A stretch of 64,000 nucleotides of DNA, from the NCBI GenBank assembly GCA_002269645.1, contig NIVC01003887.1, positions 1 through 64,000 on the forward strand, in the 5' to 3' direction. The DNA is from Macrostomum lignano. Its lineage: Eukaryota. Both the position numbers and the translations under genes were made by a program. Under the pieces are notes generated by a model. That model was given only the letters and a program-made list of their open reading frames with translations. It had not been told where the DNA came from and searched no databases. Positions 63,250-64,000 of the stretch are shown here, in pieces. How positions within the stretch are numbered: position 1 is the first letter of the stretch; each line of letters starts with the position of its first letter.

Positions 63250-63903
63250 ATGGAAACACGTGAGCGGATAAACTGTTATGATGTGCGCCTGCGACAGGGA
63301 AGCTGCATGATTGTCAGCGGGCCTACAAATGCAGGAAAGACAACCTTCGTGAAACATCTGATACAATACAAGGATGTCCTGTTTGATGTGAAGCCTGGGA
63401 GAGTTCTGTGGTACTACGGGATTTCACAAGCAGCACACTCTGAGCTCAGCAGTCTCGGCGTGCACCTGCAGCAGGGATTTCCCAGCAGTATCGAGACCGC
63501 ACTGAGACCCAATGACCTGGTTGTATTTGATGACCTGATTGAAGAAACTTCCAATTCTGCTGCAATGCGAAATGTTTTCACTGGAATTGCCCATCATTTG
63601 CCCTGCTTTCTGGTTATGCTCACCCAAAATGTATTTTTTAAAGGGAAGGAGTTGCGAACAATGAGTCTGAATGCGATGTACTTTGTGATCATGAAGAACC
63701 CCAGAGACCAGCTGCAGATTGCAGCGCTGGGCAGGCAGTGCTTTGCTGAGAAGCCCGGATTTCTGCTGTCAGTGTTCAAGCACGTGACATCGCACGGCAG
63801 GGGAGCCTACCTGCTCCTGGATTTTCACCCTTCCACCCCTGATGAGCTGCGGGTCCGGGCTCGAATCCTGCCCAATCAGCGACCCCACCTGGTTTACACT
63901 TAA
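63250..63903 (+). CDS. FtsK/A32-like DNA-packaging ATPase
   Basis: Walker A GPTNAGKT, Walker B LVVFDD, FTGIAHH, TQN, RTMSLNA.YFVIMKNPRD.LQI..LGRQ. Confidence 0.93.
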   Translation: METRERINCYDVRLRQGSCMIVSGPTNAGKTTFVKHLIQYKDVLFDVKPGRVLWYYGISQAAHSELSSLGVHLQQGFPSSIETALRPNDLVVFDDLIEETSNSAAMRNVFTGIAHHLPCFLVMLTQNVFFKGKELRTMSLNAMYFVIMKNPRDQLQIAALGRQCFAEKPGFLLSVFKHVTSHGRGAYLLLDFHPSTPDELRVRARILPNQRPHLVYT

Positions 63904-63950
63904 GAATAACAGCCGAGATTTTGGCATTTGTTCTATATTCTGCAACACTA

Positions 63951-64000
63951 ATGATAATGGAAACATTTGACTCTCATGAAAGTTTGTTTGATGTTCTCGC
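63951..64000 (+). CDS. Possible start of the next Maverick gene, truncated by the window end
   Basis: ATG ATA ATG GAA ACA... stays open to the window edge, 47 nt after the ATPase stop. Confidence 0.3.
   Translation, partial: MIMETFDSHESLFDVL

Larger units (their letters stand above)
57861..64000 (+). mobile_element. Maverick/Polinton (adintovirus-like) endogenous virus, left part
   Basis: Begins with AGTAGT, a typical Polinton terminus. Co-oriented, tightly packed genes for integrase, minor and major capsid, adenain protease and FtsK/A32-like ATPase. The right end and pPolB are not in the window. Confidence 0.93.

Overview
Intron-rich, repeat-rich invertebrate genomic DNA (style suggests a flatworm such as Macrostomum; not verifiable here). 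Splice sites were traced by hand. (1) Three tandem paralogues (3337-7440, 21480-25518, 34806-38328, + strand) of one 7-exon gene, about 685 aa in copy 2: ankyrin block A, ankyrin block B and a STE/MAP3K-like kinase with an atypical HRDIN catalytic loop. The ORF track splits each into three ORFs. Block B varies at its predicted binding surface while the block A core is nearly invariant. (2) An intact, very compact Mag-like Ty3/gypsy LTR retrotransposon (16191-20517, -) with identical 265-bp LTRs, a CTTAT TSD and a start codon overlapping the PBS. (3) Decayed gypsy, RTE-like and CRE-like relics, two tRNA-derived SINEs, and several satellites, including a 6-kb 37-bp array with a 1714-bp higher-order repeat. 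(4) The first seven exons (43288-57752) of a class C GPCR of the mangetout/mXR type, lacking the two basic residues that bind the distal carboxylate of glutamate. (5) From 57861 to the window end, after exon 7 of that receptor, the left part of a Maverick/Polinton (adintovirus-like) endogenous virus: AGTAGT terminus, PC4-like gene, chromodomain integrase, minor capsid, basic core protein, major capsid, adenain protease and packaging ATPase. All six frameshifts in the otherwise intact genes are -1 changes repairable by adding one base next to an identical base, so they may be assembly errors.
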